A stretch of DNA of 64,000 nucleotides from Candidatus Latescibacterota bacterium (GTDB taxonomy: Bacteria > Latescibacterota > UBA2968 > GCA-2709665). Numbering within the stretch: position 1 is the first letter of the stretch; the number at the start of each line of letters is the position of its first letter. The stretch lies in the NCBI GenBank assembly GCA_965205485.1, contig OZ242180.1, forward strand, positions 4,608,001 through 4,672,000, in the 5' to 3' direction. Of the stretch, positions 31,561 to 40,034 are shown one piece after another. The position numbers and the translations under genes were made by a program. The notes below the pieces were generated by a model that saw only the letters and a list, made by a program, of their open reading frames with translations, was not told where the DNA came from and searched no databases.

Positions 31561-32831
31561 GCGTCTTCGTCTTCGCCGAGCCGGTTTACGAGGATTGCCT
31601 CAGCCTCATCGATCATCGTGGAAAGTTCATCGCCACACGGTACGTGGTCAGAGAGATAATGGCGATAGAGGCGGTGCTGATAAAGATCTGAAAGACCATC
31701 TTGCAGACGGGCCAGCAGGTCGGTGTCTTCCTTCGCACCGTCCGCGGTCCTGAGCACCTCGGCCATGAAGTCCGATCCAACCATACGATCATCACGGTTG
31801 AACGGCGCGGTGGTCTCGTCGACTATGCGCTCACACCACGCGAATTGGCCACGTTTCGCCCATTCGTCGTTAACAACCTCCGTCACGTGCTCCAACAGGT
31901 CCGGCTGGTGCAGCGATCCGTGCAGACTGCCAGTTCCAACGAGTGAAATCCTCAGCACGACCGACACGCCGTTTGCGCCATTCAAAGCCTCGTCAATTCT
32001 CTGGTGGATTCCATCGATCAAGCCCTGCTCTCCGTCCAACCGGGAAATGTCCACTGCGGCCCTCTCCCACCGCACGCAATCCATAGACCTGAATTCAACA
32101 CTGACGTCGCCGTCATCGTCGACCTCGACGAGATACACGCCGCGGGCGCCGGATTCATTGGGATGTCTTCCCTGGGGGTTGCCCGGATAGACCACGGTCG
32201 GGGACCGCTTGCTGAGTACCTGTCTCGCATGCACGTGTCCCAGCGCCCAATAATCCATTCCTGATCGTACAAGATCGTCCAGCGAGCAGGGCGCGTAATT
32301 CACGTGTGAGGTGTCGCTGACTGCATTGGCATGCACCAGACCGATGGAAAACGCATCGGGGTCGCCGCTGCCGAGACGCTGCGCGAGGTTGTCGTAGACG
32401 TCTCGTTTGGAATAGCTGATGCCGTGAACAACCGCGCGTTCGGGATCGTCTTCAAATATCGGCACGGCCTGTGCCTCCTCGAGGAAGCGCATAGATCCTG
32501 TCGGGTAGTCCAGACGTGCCTCCCAACCGTCGAGCGGATCGTGGTTGCCGTGGCAGACGAAAGAGCGTATGCCCGCCTCGTCCAGCCGCTTCAGGCCGTC
32601 CACGAACCTGAGCTGTGCTCGCAGGCTCCGGTCGGCCGAGTCGTACACGTCGCCGGCGACGAGCAGCGCATCCACACGCTCATCGATGCACAGGTCGATG
32701 ATGTTCTCGTAGGCGCGAAAGGTCGCGTCCTGCAGCGCGCTCGCGACGTTTTCGGGAGCAACGGCCTTTATCCCGACAAATGGGCTATCGAGATGCAGAT
32801 CAGCGGTATGTACGAAGCGAAGACGAGGCAT
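31557..32831 (-). CDS. yhaO: YhaO-like DNA repair exonuclease (Mre11/SbcD metallophosphoesterase)
   Basis: Motifs HTADLHLD, AGDVYD, GNHD, ALGHVH and YPGNPQGR. 4-nt overlap with the ATPase gene. Confidence 0.9.
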   Translation of the reverse strand: MPRLRFVHTADLHLDSPFVGIKAVAPENVASALQDATFRAYENIIDLCIDERVDALLVAGDVYDSADRSLRAQLRFVDGLKRLDEAGIRSFVCHGNHDPLDGWEARLDYPTGSMRFLEEAQAVPIFEDDPERAVVHGISYSKRDVYDNLAQRLGSGDPDAFSIGLVHANAVSDTSHVNYAPCSLDDLVRSGMDYWALGHVHARQVLSKRSPTVVYPGNPQGRHPNESGARGVYLVEVDDDGDVSVEFRSMDCVRWERAAVDISRLDGEQGLIDGIHQRIDEALNGANGVSVVLRISLVGTGSLHGSLHQPDLLEHVTEVVNDEWAKRGQFAWCERIVDETTAPFNRDDRMVGSDFMAEVLRTADGAKEDTDLLARLQDGLSDLYQHRLYRHYLSDHVPCGDELSTMIDEAEAILVNRLGEDEDA

Positions 32832-32837
32832 GTCTAT

Positions 32838-33188
32838 CTATTGGCTCCCGTTGGTTCGTCGTTCATAGAGCACCTTTCCCTCCCGCAGCGCCCGTGCCAG
32901 CACATGATTCAGGGAGTCGCGCCAGTAGTCGACGTCGTCACGAGAATAGACAAGGACGTCGGCTGCAACCGGAAAGCCGGCCACGGCGTGGTAGAGTCTG
33001 ACCATCTCTTTGTGGCGACTTCGCTTCGGACCGAAGGGCTCCGCTTCCACGACCACCAGGTCCACGTCCGAATCCTGGCGCTCGTCCCCCCGTCCGCGGG
33101 AGCCAAAGAGGATCACCTGCTCCGGGTCGACTTCGTCGACGATGGCTCGTACCATCCGGTCGATGAGTTTGTCGGTGACTTGTGTCAT
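32838..33188 (-). CDS. Minimal nucleotidyltransferase (MNT / MntA-like)
   Basis: ILFGSRGRGD...DSDVDLVVV and C-terminal EGKVLYE. Confidence 0.9.
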   Translation of the reverse strand: MTQVTDKLIDRMVRAIVDEVDPEQVILFGSRGRGDERQDSDVDLVVVEAEPFGPKRSRHKEMVRLYHAVAGFPVAADVLVYSRDDVDYWRDSLNHVLARALREGKVLYERRTNGSQ

Positions 33189-33223
33189 TGCTCCGGCGTT
33201 TCGGGCTTTTCGCTTGTCGAGCG

Positions 33224-33658
33224 TCAAAAGAGTGGATCCTGTATATCCAGGAAGTCGAATCTCAAGAAGTCCCGGTCATTAGTGTACAACGTGCGTACCC
33301 CGTGGAAGCGCATGAGTGCGGCGAGGTGCGCGTCCGGTACAAGATTCCCTCGCACAGGCGTCTCTTCCGTCGTGGCTCGATAGCTCTCCCAGAATCCGAT
33401 GTCTTCGGCGATGCAGCGGGTGTTGGACAGACTGAACAATGTCTCCACGTTGGCGATCGCCTCTTCTGATGTCAACGGCTCATCGAAGATCGACGGATGA
33501 GTGGCAATCCGCAGGTAACTCATGATCGTCGGCCAACCCAGATAAAGCACATCGGGCCTGCTCATGCAGGATTGTAGAAAGCTCTTAGCTTTGTCGTGGA
33601 ATGGACTGGAGGCGTCCGATGCGTAGAGGAGCAGTTTGACGTCAAGTGAATAGCTCAT
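33224..33658 (-). CDS. vapC: PIN-domain toxin (VapC family)
   Basis: LDVKLLLYA, LRIATHP, GNLVPDAHLAAL and TNDRDF. Confidence 0.9.
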   Translation of the reverse strand: MSYSLDVKLLLYASDASSPFHDKAKSFLQSCMSRPDVLYLGWPTIMSYLRIATHPSIFDEPLTSEEAIANVETLFSLSNTRCIAEDIGFWESYRATTEETPVRGNLVPDAHLAALMRFHGVRTLYTNDRDFLRFDFLDIQDPLF

Positions 33659-33668
33659 TGTCTATCGC

Positions 33669-33911
33669 TTACTTACCTGGTGAAAATCGGTCCAATGCGC
33701 GGTGCACTGCTTCCTTGTCGGAAAGATTCACACGGGCACCCATCTGTTTTGCGATCCATACACGAGGAGAAGGCGTGGCGGACGCTGCATCGGCCTTCAG
33801 GGCTTGCGCCAGCAGGTTGGATACGAGCCTTCCCAGGGACATGCCCTCTTTCTTTTGGATCCGCTTCAACTCCCGAAGGATCTGGGCGTCAATATCAAGG
33901 GTCGTTCTCAC
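33669..33911 (-). CDS. VapB-like antitoxin
   Basis: GTG start after CAGGAGG; RTTLDIDxxILRELK...SLGRLVSNLL. Confidence 0.85.
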   Translation of the reverse strand: MRTTLDIDAQILRELKRIQKKEGMSLGRLVSNLLAQALKADAASATPSPRVWIAKQMGARVNLSDKEAVHRALDRFSPGK

Positions 33912-33980
33912 GAGATGATCCTCCTGATGCTGAAATTTCATCCTGGACTCGTGCCGGGAATCGTTCTTCATCCACCGTCG

Positions 33981-34349
33981 TCAAATGAACTTCTCGGGTG
34001 ACACTTGAAATATCTGTGCCAATTTTCGCGCCGTCTTCAGGCTGATCGACCGGACTTCCCGCTCCATATTCGAAACATGCTGTCGAGGAACACCGCCGAG
34101 CAACTCGCCCAGTTTTGCCTGCGTCAACCCGTGATTCTCGCGGTATGTCCTCAGATTGTCTCCAGGCGCCATTCCTGATTTGATGCTTCGGTACCAGTCG
34201 GTCTCGAATACATCGACGAGATCCTCGCTTCTGTCTTCGGATAACCGAATCTGTCTGCCGAATTCCTCATTCAATACGGACATCAGCTTTTCCGGGATGT
34301 CCCCTCTGATGAGAATCTGAATATTGGGTGTTTTCACGACAGCCTGCAT
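33981..34349 (-). CDS. XRE-family HTH protein (HigA-like antitoxin)
   Basis: PGDNLRTYRENHGLTQAKLGELLG...VSNME...IS..TARKLA. Confidence 0.88.
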   Translation of the reverse strand: MQAVVKTPNIQILIRGDIPEKLMSVLNEEFGRQIRLSEDRSEDLVDVFETDWYRSIKSGMAPGDNLRTYRENHGLTQAKLGELLGGVPRQHVSNMEREVRSISLKTARKLAQIFQVSPEKFI

Positions 34350-34425
34350 AATAGACCTCGATCGCTTTTCAATGCCTCCTGTACGGCCAAGAAACGACGC
34401 AATTTAGCGCGAGGTGGCAGTAGTT
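34321..34425 (-). pseudogene. Eroded 3' remnant of a RelE-like toxin
   Basis: The minus strand translates YCHLALNCVVSWPYRRH*KAIEVYYAGCRENTQY and overlaps the antitoxin start. It has an internal stop and no 5' half. Confidence 0.6.
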
Positions 34426-34872
34426 TCAAAGTAACCATTAAATAGTTACATGCCAAACTAATGTCATCTCCTCATCCAGAACCGTACTGAATTCATCTCA
34501 CTTCGACTCTTTCAATGGTGGCAAAACTATGCAAACTGCGTGCCATTGTCCGCTCGCGCGTGGCGCCAATCTCATAGCCACCTCAACAACGTGGATGGAC
34601 GGACCGAAATTGGGCCAATCCGGAACAAATGGCATGCTTGGATTTTGATGTACACACTATGAAATCCAATGTTCACAATAATCATTCGAGACGGGTCCTC
34701 ACTTCGGCGTACCGCAACAGTACCCGATCTAAAGACTTCGACCGCCGGGAAAGAAATCCTCCAGACGGTCACAAGCGAGCCGAAATGACCCGGCATCGGC
34801 GGGGTATGGCCAGTGACATGCGATATCAGGATATTTGCGCACTGTCTTCGTGGGTATGCGGTTCGGCAGCGT

Positions 34873-35259
34873 TTACCAGACGCGGTTGACACCGTACCGA
34901 TCGAATATTGCCTCAATTGACACGAGAGGAAAATCGAACGTGAGCGCCTGCGCAATCAACATGCGGTCGAACGGATCCCGATGCGGTCCTGGCAGCCGCC
35001 CCGCACGCTCGCCATTGCGAACGGAAATTGGCAACTCCTGAAATCCCTGACTCGCAATACAGCCGGCGACGTCCTGTACGACTACGTCGGCGCCAGGAAG
35101 CTTTCCGAGACGATGCTTCGTTGTAATCTCCCAAGCGGACGCCGCGCTAATGAGGATATCGTTACCAGGGTCGGCGATTGCATCGAGGGCAACGGCCGAC
35201 AGACGATCGCTGCCTGCGAGCCACCACAGAAAGGCATGGGTGTCAAGTAGGATACGCAT
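34873..35259 (-). CDS. vapC: PIN-domain toxin (VapC family)
   Basis: LLDTHAFLWW, SAASAWEI and HRDPFDRMLIAQA. Confidence 0.93.
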   Translation of the reverse strand: MRILLDTHAFLWWLAGSDRLSAVALDAIADPGNDILISAASAWEITTKHRLGKLPGADVVVQDVAGCIASQGFQELPISVRNGERAGRLPGPHRDPFDRMLIAQALTFDFPLVSIEAIFDRYGVNRVW

Positions 35260-35263
35260 GCAA

Positions 35264-35497
35264 TCACGCCTCCCATGCGGCCAATTCGTCTTCCGGAAGT
35301 GGCTCGAAGAAACTGTCGTCGACCGCAACCAGACCCTTCATGGCGCCAAACCGCCGGATTCCCGGACGATTCTCATAAGGAACGAGACGTGCAATCGGGG
35401 TACCGCTGCGAGCAATCACGACCTCTTCACCTGCCTCCACCCTCGCCAGGAGGCGGGATAGTTGGGTTTTGGCCGCATGTACGTTGACGGCTGACAT
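35264..35497 (-). CDS. Phd/YefM family antitoxin
   Basis: VNVHAAKTQLSRLLxRVxAGEEVVIARxGxPIARLVP. Confidence 0.93.
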   Translation of the reverse strand: MSAVNVHAAKTQLSRLLARVEAGEEVVIARSGTPIARLVPYENRPGIRRFGAMKGLVAVDDSFFEPLPEDELAAWEA

Positions 35498-35532
35498 CGT
35501 GTGACTCCCTGATTTCAGGCCGGAATTTTACC

Positions 35533-35568
35533 TTGGCTAAATATATAGCTAAGCAATACCAGTGTCAA
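35533..35568 (-). promoter_or_regulatory. Promoter/operator of the phd-vapC module
   Basis: TTGACA-N17-TATATT, flanked by near-palindromic TTAGCTA and TTAGCCAA boxes. Confidence 0.7.
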
Positions 35569-35648
35569 GTGGGGGTTCTTGCTGTCGGAACCGCTCGACG
35601 ATTCCCAATGAACTGAAGACTGATGACGTTTCTCTCACTTGCCTGCCT

Positions 35649-36155
35649 TCACCCCATCCAACATCCCGAGCCCAGCTTCGGCCAATTGGGCGGTCTTGTC
35701 TCCACCGCGTAAGTCCAGGCGACTGTGAATGAATCTTTCACCCGTACCGGCACGAGCACCCGGCGATAGAGGCTTCGACCGCCGGGGCGGAAGCCTTCCA
35801 GGCGGTCGATGGCGGGCAGGCGGGTTTCAGGATCGTCGAATATGAGCAATTCCCCGTGCACGACGGCTCCGCAGCTCGCCCGCGGATCGGGCGGACTCTT
35901 CGTCAATCGCCGAGAGCCAATGTCACCTGCAAGGTGTTCCTGTGTGGCCGCGTCGGCCGCAGGATCGGCGGTTCCCGTTGCCAAGACATCCCGTTCGGGA
36001 ACCTCCAGGAACGGGATGCGATCGGGACGGATATAAAGTTGCCCGCGAACGATCGCATTCTCAATCGCCAGCACGCCGCGACAGTAATCCTCGTGGTTCG
36101 AGTACCCGCGCTTGAGGGTGCCGTAGACAAAGAGGGCGATTGTGAGTCGCGGCAT
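35649..36155 (-). CDS. Gamma-glutamylcyclotransferase (AIG2-like) family protein
   Basis: LFVYGTLKRG, VHGEL, IDRLEG, YRR and AWTY. Confidence 0.88.
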   Translation of the reverse strand: MPRLTIALFVYGTLKRGYSNHEDYCRGVLAIENAIVRGQLYIRPDRIPFLEVPERDVLATGTADPAADAATQEHLAGDIGSRRLTKSPPDPRASCGAVVHGELLIFDDPETRLPAIDRLEGFRPGGRSLYRRVLVPVRVKDSFTVAWTYAVETRPPNWPKLGSGCWMG

Positions 36156-36211
36156 CGGCGCGCCCCATTATACGCTTTGCATTCCGATTCACGATCGATA
36201 TGTTGTCCGGA

Positions 36212-36238
36212 AGGGCGCCCACAAGGGACGCCCCTACA
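36212..36238 (-). repeat. GTAG-type REP-like palindrome
   Basis: The minus strand reads GTAGGGGCGTCCCTTGTGGGCGCCCT: a GTAG tetranucleotide followed by an imperfect hairpin. Confidence 0.7.
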
Positions 36239-36329
36239 AGACGGAGGGGAATTAGAGTCTTACCGTAAGACTTCAACACGAAGTGCATACAGGTTTGCCC
36301 ATGCTGCTTGCATACGGTATGGTGTTGGA

Positions 36330-36420
36330 ATCCCCCCACCGCATCAGCCGTCGCCGGCCCTTCGACAAGCTCAGGGGACGGCTCGGCTTCTGCGACTCCC
36401 CCTCAAGGGGGGAGTGATTG
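36330..36420. repeat. Cluster of palindromic intergenic repeats
   Basis: CCCTTCGACAAGCTCAGGG (36358-36376, identical copy at 43715-43733) and hairpin ACTCCCCCTCAAGGGGGGAGT. Confidence 0.7.
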
Positions 36421-36567
36421 GTACATCAAGCACGCGCGCGTTCTCTGCTAACTATTCGGTTGCGGCTGAGCAAAGCGAAGGCGCACAAGGGGGAGGTGTA
36501 GACGCCAGGATTGGCGTCCGGTTTCTTTGGTGAGTCTGAATTCACCTTAACTTCCAGCGAGTCTTCG

Positions 36568-37485
36568 ATGAAACCGATTTTTCTCAAATGGACCGGTTGC
36601 GGCGGTTTCGAAGTGCGTACGGACGCGGTCAACTTCGCCTTCGACCCCTACTTGTTCGGTGAGCATCTGACCGGCGCTTCGCCTGATCTCGACTATATCT
36701 TCATCAGTCACGAACACTTCGATCACTGCCACCCGGGAACGCTTCGCCGGCTCTGCCGCGGCGATCGCTTCAAGAAAGTCTTTGTCAGCCCCGGTTGCTG
36801 CGACCCCGATCAACCCGTGGACGAAAAGTACCGCGATGCCGCGTTCGACCGGGACCTCCCCATCACCAAATACCTGGACCCGAATCTCGTGCAGGTGGTC
36901 TTCCCCCGGCACCTGAGCCACGTCGGCGGGGAGTCCCGGAGCTTTCCCGGTCCCTTCGAGCTGGACCTCGGGCCCATTCAGGTGGACATCATCGAAAGCG
37001 GAGAAAACCAGAGACCCGACCTGCCGAACTGCGGATACCTCGTTACGGTGCGGGATCTCGGCGTCTCCTTCCTGCATACGGGGGATCTCACCGAACCGTA
37101 CCGCGCACTCGAGAAACTCCGCGGCAGGGTCACCTATCTCATCCACATGAAGTTGGGCCTGACGGAATGGGGCGGCGAGGACCGCACGGACAAACTCCTT
37201 CAATGCATCGACGCCGTCGAGCCGGAGTTCCTGATACCCATCCACTATCGCACCGACCGCGTGTCCGACCCGATCCCGCACGGGACCTGGCCGCCCGACG
37301 TCACGGACGCGGGCGCGTTCATCGAATGGATTCGGGAGGCCGTGGGAAACAGGACCCGCGTTCTGCCTTTCACGGCCGGAGTGGAATACGAAGTCGAACT
37401 GCCCTCGAAGCGGGTCCTCTGGAAGTGGAACTGGTTCAACACATGGACCGAGCCGTCCTGGCGCGACGACCGATCGAACGAATAG
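36568..37485 (+). CDS. Metallo-beta-lactamase-fold hydrolase
   Basis: FDPY, SHEHFDH (HxHxDH), HTGD and PIHY. Confidence 0.88.
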   Translation: MKPIFLKWTGCGGFEVRTDAVNFAFDPYLFGEHLTGASPDLDYIFISHEHFDHCHPGTLRRLCRGDRFKKVFVSPGCCDPDQPVDEKYRDAAFDRDLPITKYLDPNLVQVVFPRHLSHVGGESRSFPGPFELDLGPIQVDIIESGENQRPDLPNCGYLVTVRDLGVSFLHTGDLTEPYRALEKLRGRVTYLIHMKLGLTEWGGEDRTDKLLQCIDAVEPEFLIPIHYRTDRVSDPIPHGTWPPDVTDAGAFIEWIREAVGNRTRVLPFTAGVEYEVELPSKRVLWKWNWFNTWTEPSWRDDRSNE

Positions 37486-37550
37486 ACGGGGTGAAACGCC
37501 CAGGAAGTCGATCGGAGACCGGCTTCGCGGAAAACAGTGGGGCGACCTGA

Positions 37551-38648
37551 TCAGAAGACGATCAGACCCCGGGCCACTTCCCCGGCCACGAGCGCATCGA
37601 AGGCCTCGTTCGCTTCGTCCACGCCGTATTTCCGCGTCACCAGTTCGTCGATCTTGAGCTTGCCTGCCAGATAGAGCTCCACCATCCGTGGAAAGTCGTC
37701 CCACGTCCTCGCGCTTCCGTATCTGGAGCCGCGCATGATCCGCTCGTTGGACTGGAGGTTCCCGGTATCGAACGTTACCGTGGATCCGGTTGGCGGCAAC
37801 CCGATCAGCACGCACTGGCCCCTGGACGCCAGGCAATCCCATGCCTGGTTGATCACCCGAGGCTCACCCACGGCCACGAAGGAGTAGTCGGCGCCCCGAC
37901 CCGTCAGGTCGCGGATCGCCTCCACGGGATCCTCCTCGGCGGCGTTGATCGTGTGGGTGGCGCCGAACGATTTCGCGTATTCGAGCTTCGCGGGGTTGAT
38001 GTCCACGGCAATGATGGGGTGGGCCTGCACCAGCGTTCCACCCTGGACCGCGTTCAGGCCGATTCCACCCGATCCGAAAACCGCCATGCTCGCCCCCGGC
38101 CTCACCGCGGCGGTGTTGATCACCGAGCCCACGCCCGTCATCACGGAACACCCGATCAACGCTGCCACGTCGAGCGGCATATCCTCGCGAATGGGTACGG
38201 CGCACGACGCCGGCATCACCGAATAGGACGAAAAGCTGCACGCCGGCCCATAGTGGTAGACCGTTTCCCCGCGCAATTTCATTCTCGAGGTACCATCCAT
38301 CAACACGCCGTTGGAGGGCACGCCGCGTTCGCACAGGTGAGAAAGCCCGGTGACGCAATAGTGACAGCGTCCGCAGGTGGGCGACCAGGACAGGATCACG
38401 TGGTCGCCCGCCTTTACGTGGGTCACGCCGGGGCCCACCTCCTCCACCACGCCGGCTCCTTCGTCACCCAGCACCATCGGCATGGGAAACCCGGTCCAGC
38501 CCCCGTCCACGACGTGCAGACAACTGTGACAGACCCCGCTGGCCACCATGCGCACCATGACTTCGTCCTGCTTCGGCCCTTCCAGGTCCAGGTCCTCCAC
38601 GACCAGGGGCTCGAGCGGCTCCAACAGCACCGACGCCTGCATTTTCAT
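37551..38648 (-). CDS. Zn-dependent alcohol dehydrogenase (class III-like MDR)
   Basis: GVCHS, GDEGAG, structural Zn CGRCHYC...C, GCSVMTG and GSGGIG. Confidence 0.93.
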   Translation of the reverse strand: MKMQASVLLEPLEPLVVEDLDLEGPKQDEVMVRMVASGVCHSCLHVVDGGWTGFPMPMVLGDEGAGVVEEVGPGVTHVKAGDHVILSWSPTCGRCHYCVTGLSHLCERGVPSNGVLMDGTSRMKLRGETVYHYGPACSFSSYSVMPASCAVPIREDMPLDVAALIGCSVMTGVGSVINTAAVRPGASMAVFGSGGIGLNAVQGGTLVQAHPIIAVDINPAKLEYAKSFGATHTINAAEEDPVEAIRDLTGRGADYSFVAVGEPRVINQAWDCLASRGQCVLIGLPPTGSTVTFDTGNLQSNERIMRGSRYGSARTWDDFPRMVELYLAGKLKIDELVTRKYGVDEANEAFDALVAGEVARGLIVF

Positions 38649-38756
38649 GGCATACCTCCCGTGTTTTCGAATATCCGTCATTCGAAAGTCGGTCCGGCCG
38701 TTTCAACATTATGGTACGAAATTACACGCGGCTTCGCAGCAGAAATCCTGCAGACG

Positions 38757-38794
38757 AAAAGAAAGCCCGGGCAAGCCTTTTGCCTGCCCGGGAC
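38757..38794 (-). terminator. Intrinsic terminator after the paralog pair
   Basis: Minus-strand stem CCCGGGCAGGC/GCTTGCCCGGG followed by CTTTCTTTT. Confidence 0.7.
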
Positions 38795-38819
38795 TAAAGG
38801 ACAATGGTACCGAAAGTCG

Positions 38820-40034
38820 TCACGCCCGCGCGTGATGGGACTCCGCAGGCGCTCTGTAGGTCACGTCGACGTCGGCTGTCTCGAGACGCCGCTCGCCCTG
38901 CAGCCTTGACGTGAGACAGGCATCGAGAATGCCGCAGACGATGAGCGTCCGTTCAGGCGGGTAGGGCGCTTTCCCGCTTTCGATCATCTCCACGATCTTG
39001 TGGACCAGGCAGGCTGAATAGGTGACGTTGGGCGTGGGCGTCAGCAGAAACTGGGTGGATACCGGGGCGTCGTATCCGTCCACCCGCGCGGCAAAGCAGT
39101 AATCCCGTACGGCGCCGTTCAGCATGAGCAGGGTCGCCCTCAAGCCATCGCGGTATTCGATAAAGTAGGCTGCGGGGTTCTTCGCGAGATCCGGCAGTTC
39201 GCCGGCGCCAAGCAGGTCCCGCGTTCGGCCGTCTTCTTCGGGCAGGCCGCAGGGCGTGTCGCTGCGCGAAAGGGAGGCCTCGAGCAGGTCCCGGGACCAC
39301 CGGCCCTCCTCGCCGGCCTGCCAGACGGCGTCGCCTTCGATCATCTGTACGGCCCTGACGCCGGTTTCCCCGCCCTGCCTGCGTTCGACCATGCACTGCA
39401 TGGCCTCCAGCGCATGGTAGTCCATCGCGTCGGAGCCGCCCACACCGACCATCAGGGCCTCGTGAATCCTGCAATCCAGCGGCAATTCCACGTCGGGTAG
39501 CCGGTACGAAACAGGCAGCGACGACCCCGCCAGAAGCGGGAAACCGAGCCGGCGGGAGTCCGCGACCATCTCGCTGGCTTTGTCGAAGCTGTAGGAGAGG
39601 TGCTTGTCGTTGAATACCGGCGCCGCTACCCCGTCCTGTTCGAAGACCTTGACGCATTCCCTGAAGAACTCATATCTCGGATAGAGTTTCTGCCCCTTGT
39701 CGTTACTCGGGTACTCGCCGTGCTCTCCGATGATCAGCACGGCATCCACGGCCAGCCGGTCGCCGCCGCAGCGCAGCGCCCCGGATATGGAGTCGTAAAC
39801 GTCGTACCCGAACTCTCTAGCCCGGTCTTCGCTCTGATCGCCCTCCGGACTCTGGTCGACGTAGAGTGATACGATGCGCATGTTCGGCCGCCGCCACTGT
39901 CCTTCATACGGGTACCCGACGACGAATCGGTCCGCGATGTGCTGTGCGTGGGAGAGATAGCGGTATATGGTGGCGATGACGGCGACGCGCCTGGGAGCGG
40001 CGCCCGGTGCGCACCGTGGATCCGGACGAGTCAC
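38820..40034 (-). CDS. Conserved hypothetical protein, paralog B (possible Gfo/Idh/MocA-like fold)
   Basis: Shares long motifs with 40035..41270: VDAVLIIGEHGEY, YPRYE, PVFNDKHLS, AGSSLPV and HALE. Confidence 0.85.
   Translation of the reverse strand: MTRPDPRCAPGAAPRRVAVIATIYRYLSHAQHIADRFVVGYPYEGQWRRPNMRIVSLYVDQSPEGDQSEDRAREFGYDVYDSISGALRCGGDRLAVDAVLIIGEHGEYPSNDKGQKLYPRYEFFRECVKVFEQDGVAAPVFNDKHLSYSFDKASEMVADSRRLGFPLLAGSSLPVSYRLPDVELPLDCRIHEALMVGVGGSDAMDYHALEAMQCMVERRQGGETGVRAVQMIEGDAVWQAGEEGRWSRDLLEASLSRSDTPCGLPEEDGRTRDLLGAGELPDLAKNPAAYFIEYRDGLRATLLMLNGAVRDYCFAARVDGYDAPVSTQFLLTPTPNVTYSACLVHKIVEMIESGKAPYPPERTLIVCGILDACLTSRLQGERRLETADVDVTYRAPAESHHARA

Noticed and set aside
34430..34870. Short ORFs between the TA modules (34572..34955, 34629..34889)
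   Set aside because: They have no motifs or convincing RBS and are probably non-coding or decayed sequence.
37551..38648. Zn-ADH as the formaldehyde-removing member of the MocD-like operon
   Set aside because: A clear terminator at 38757-38794 separates it from the operon, so the functional link is unsupported.
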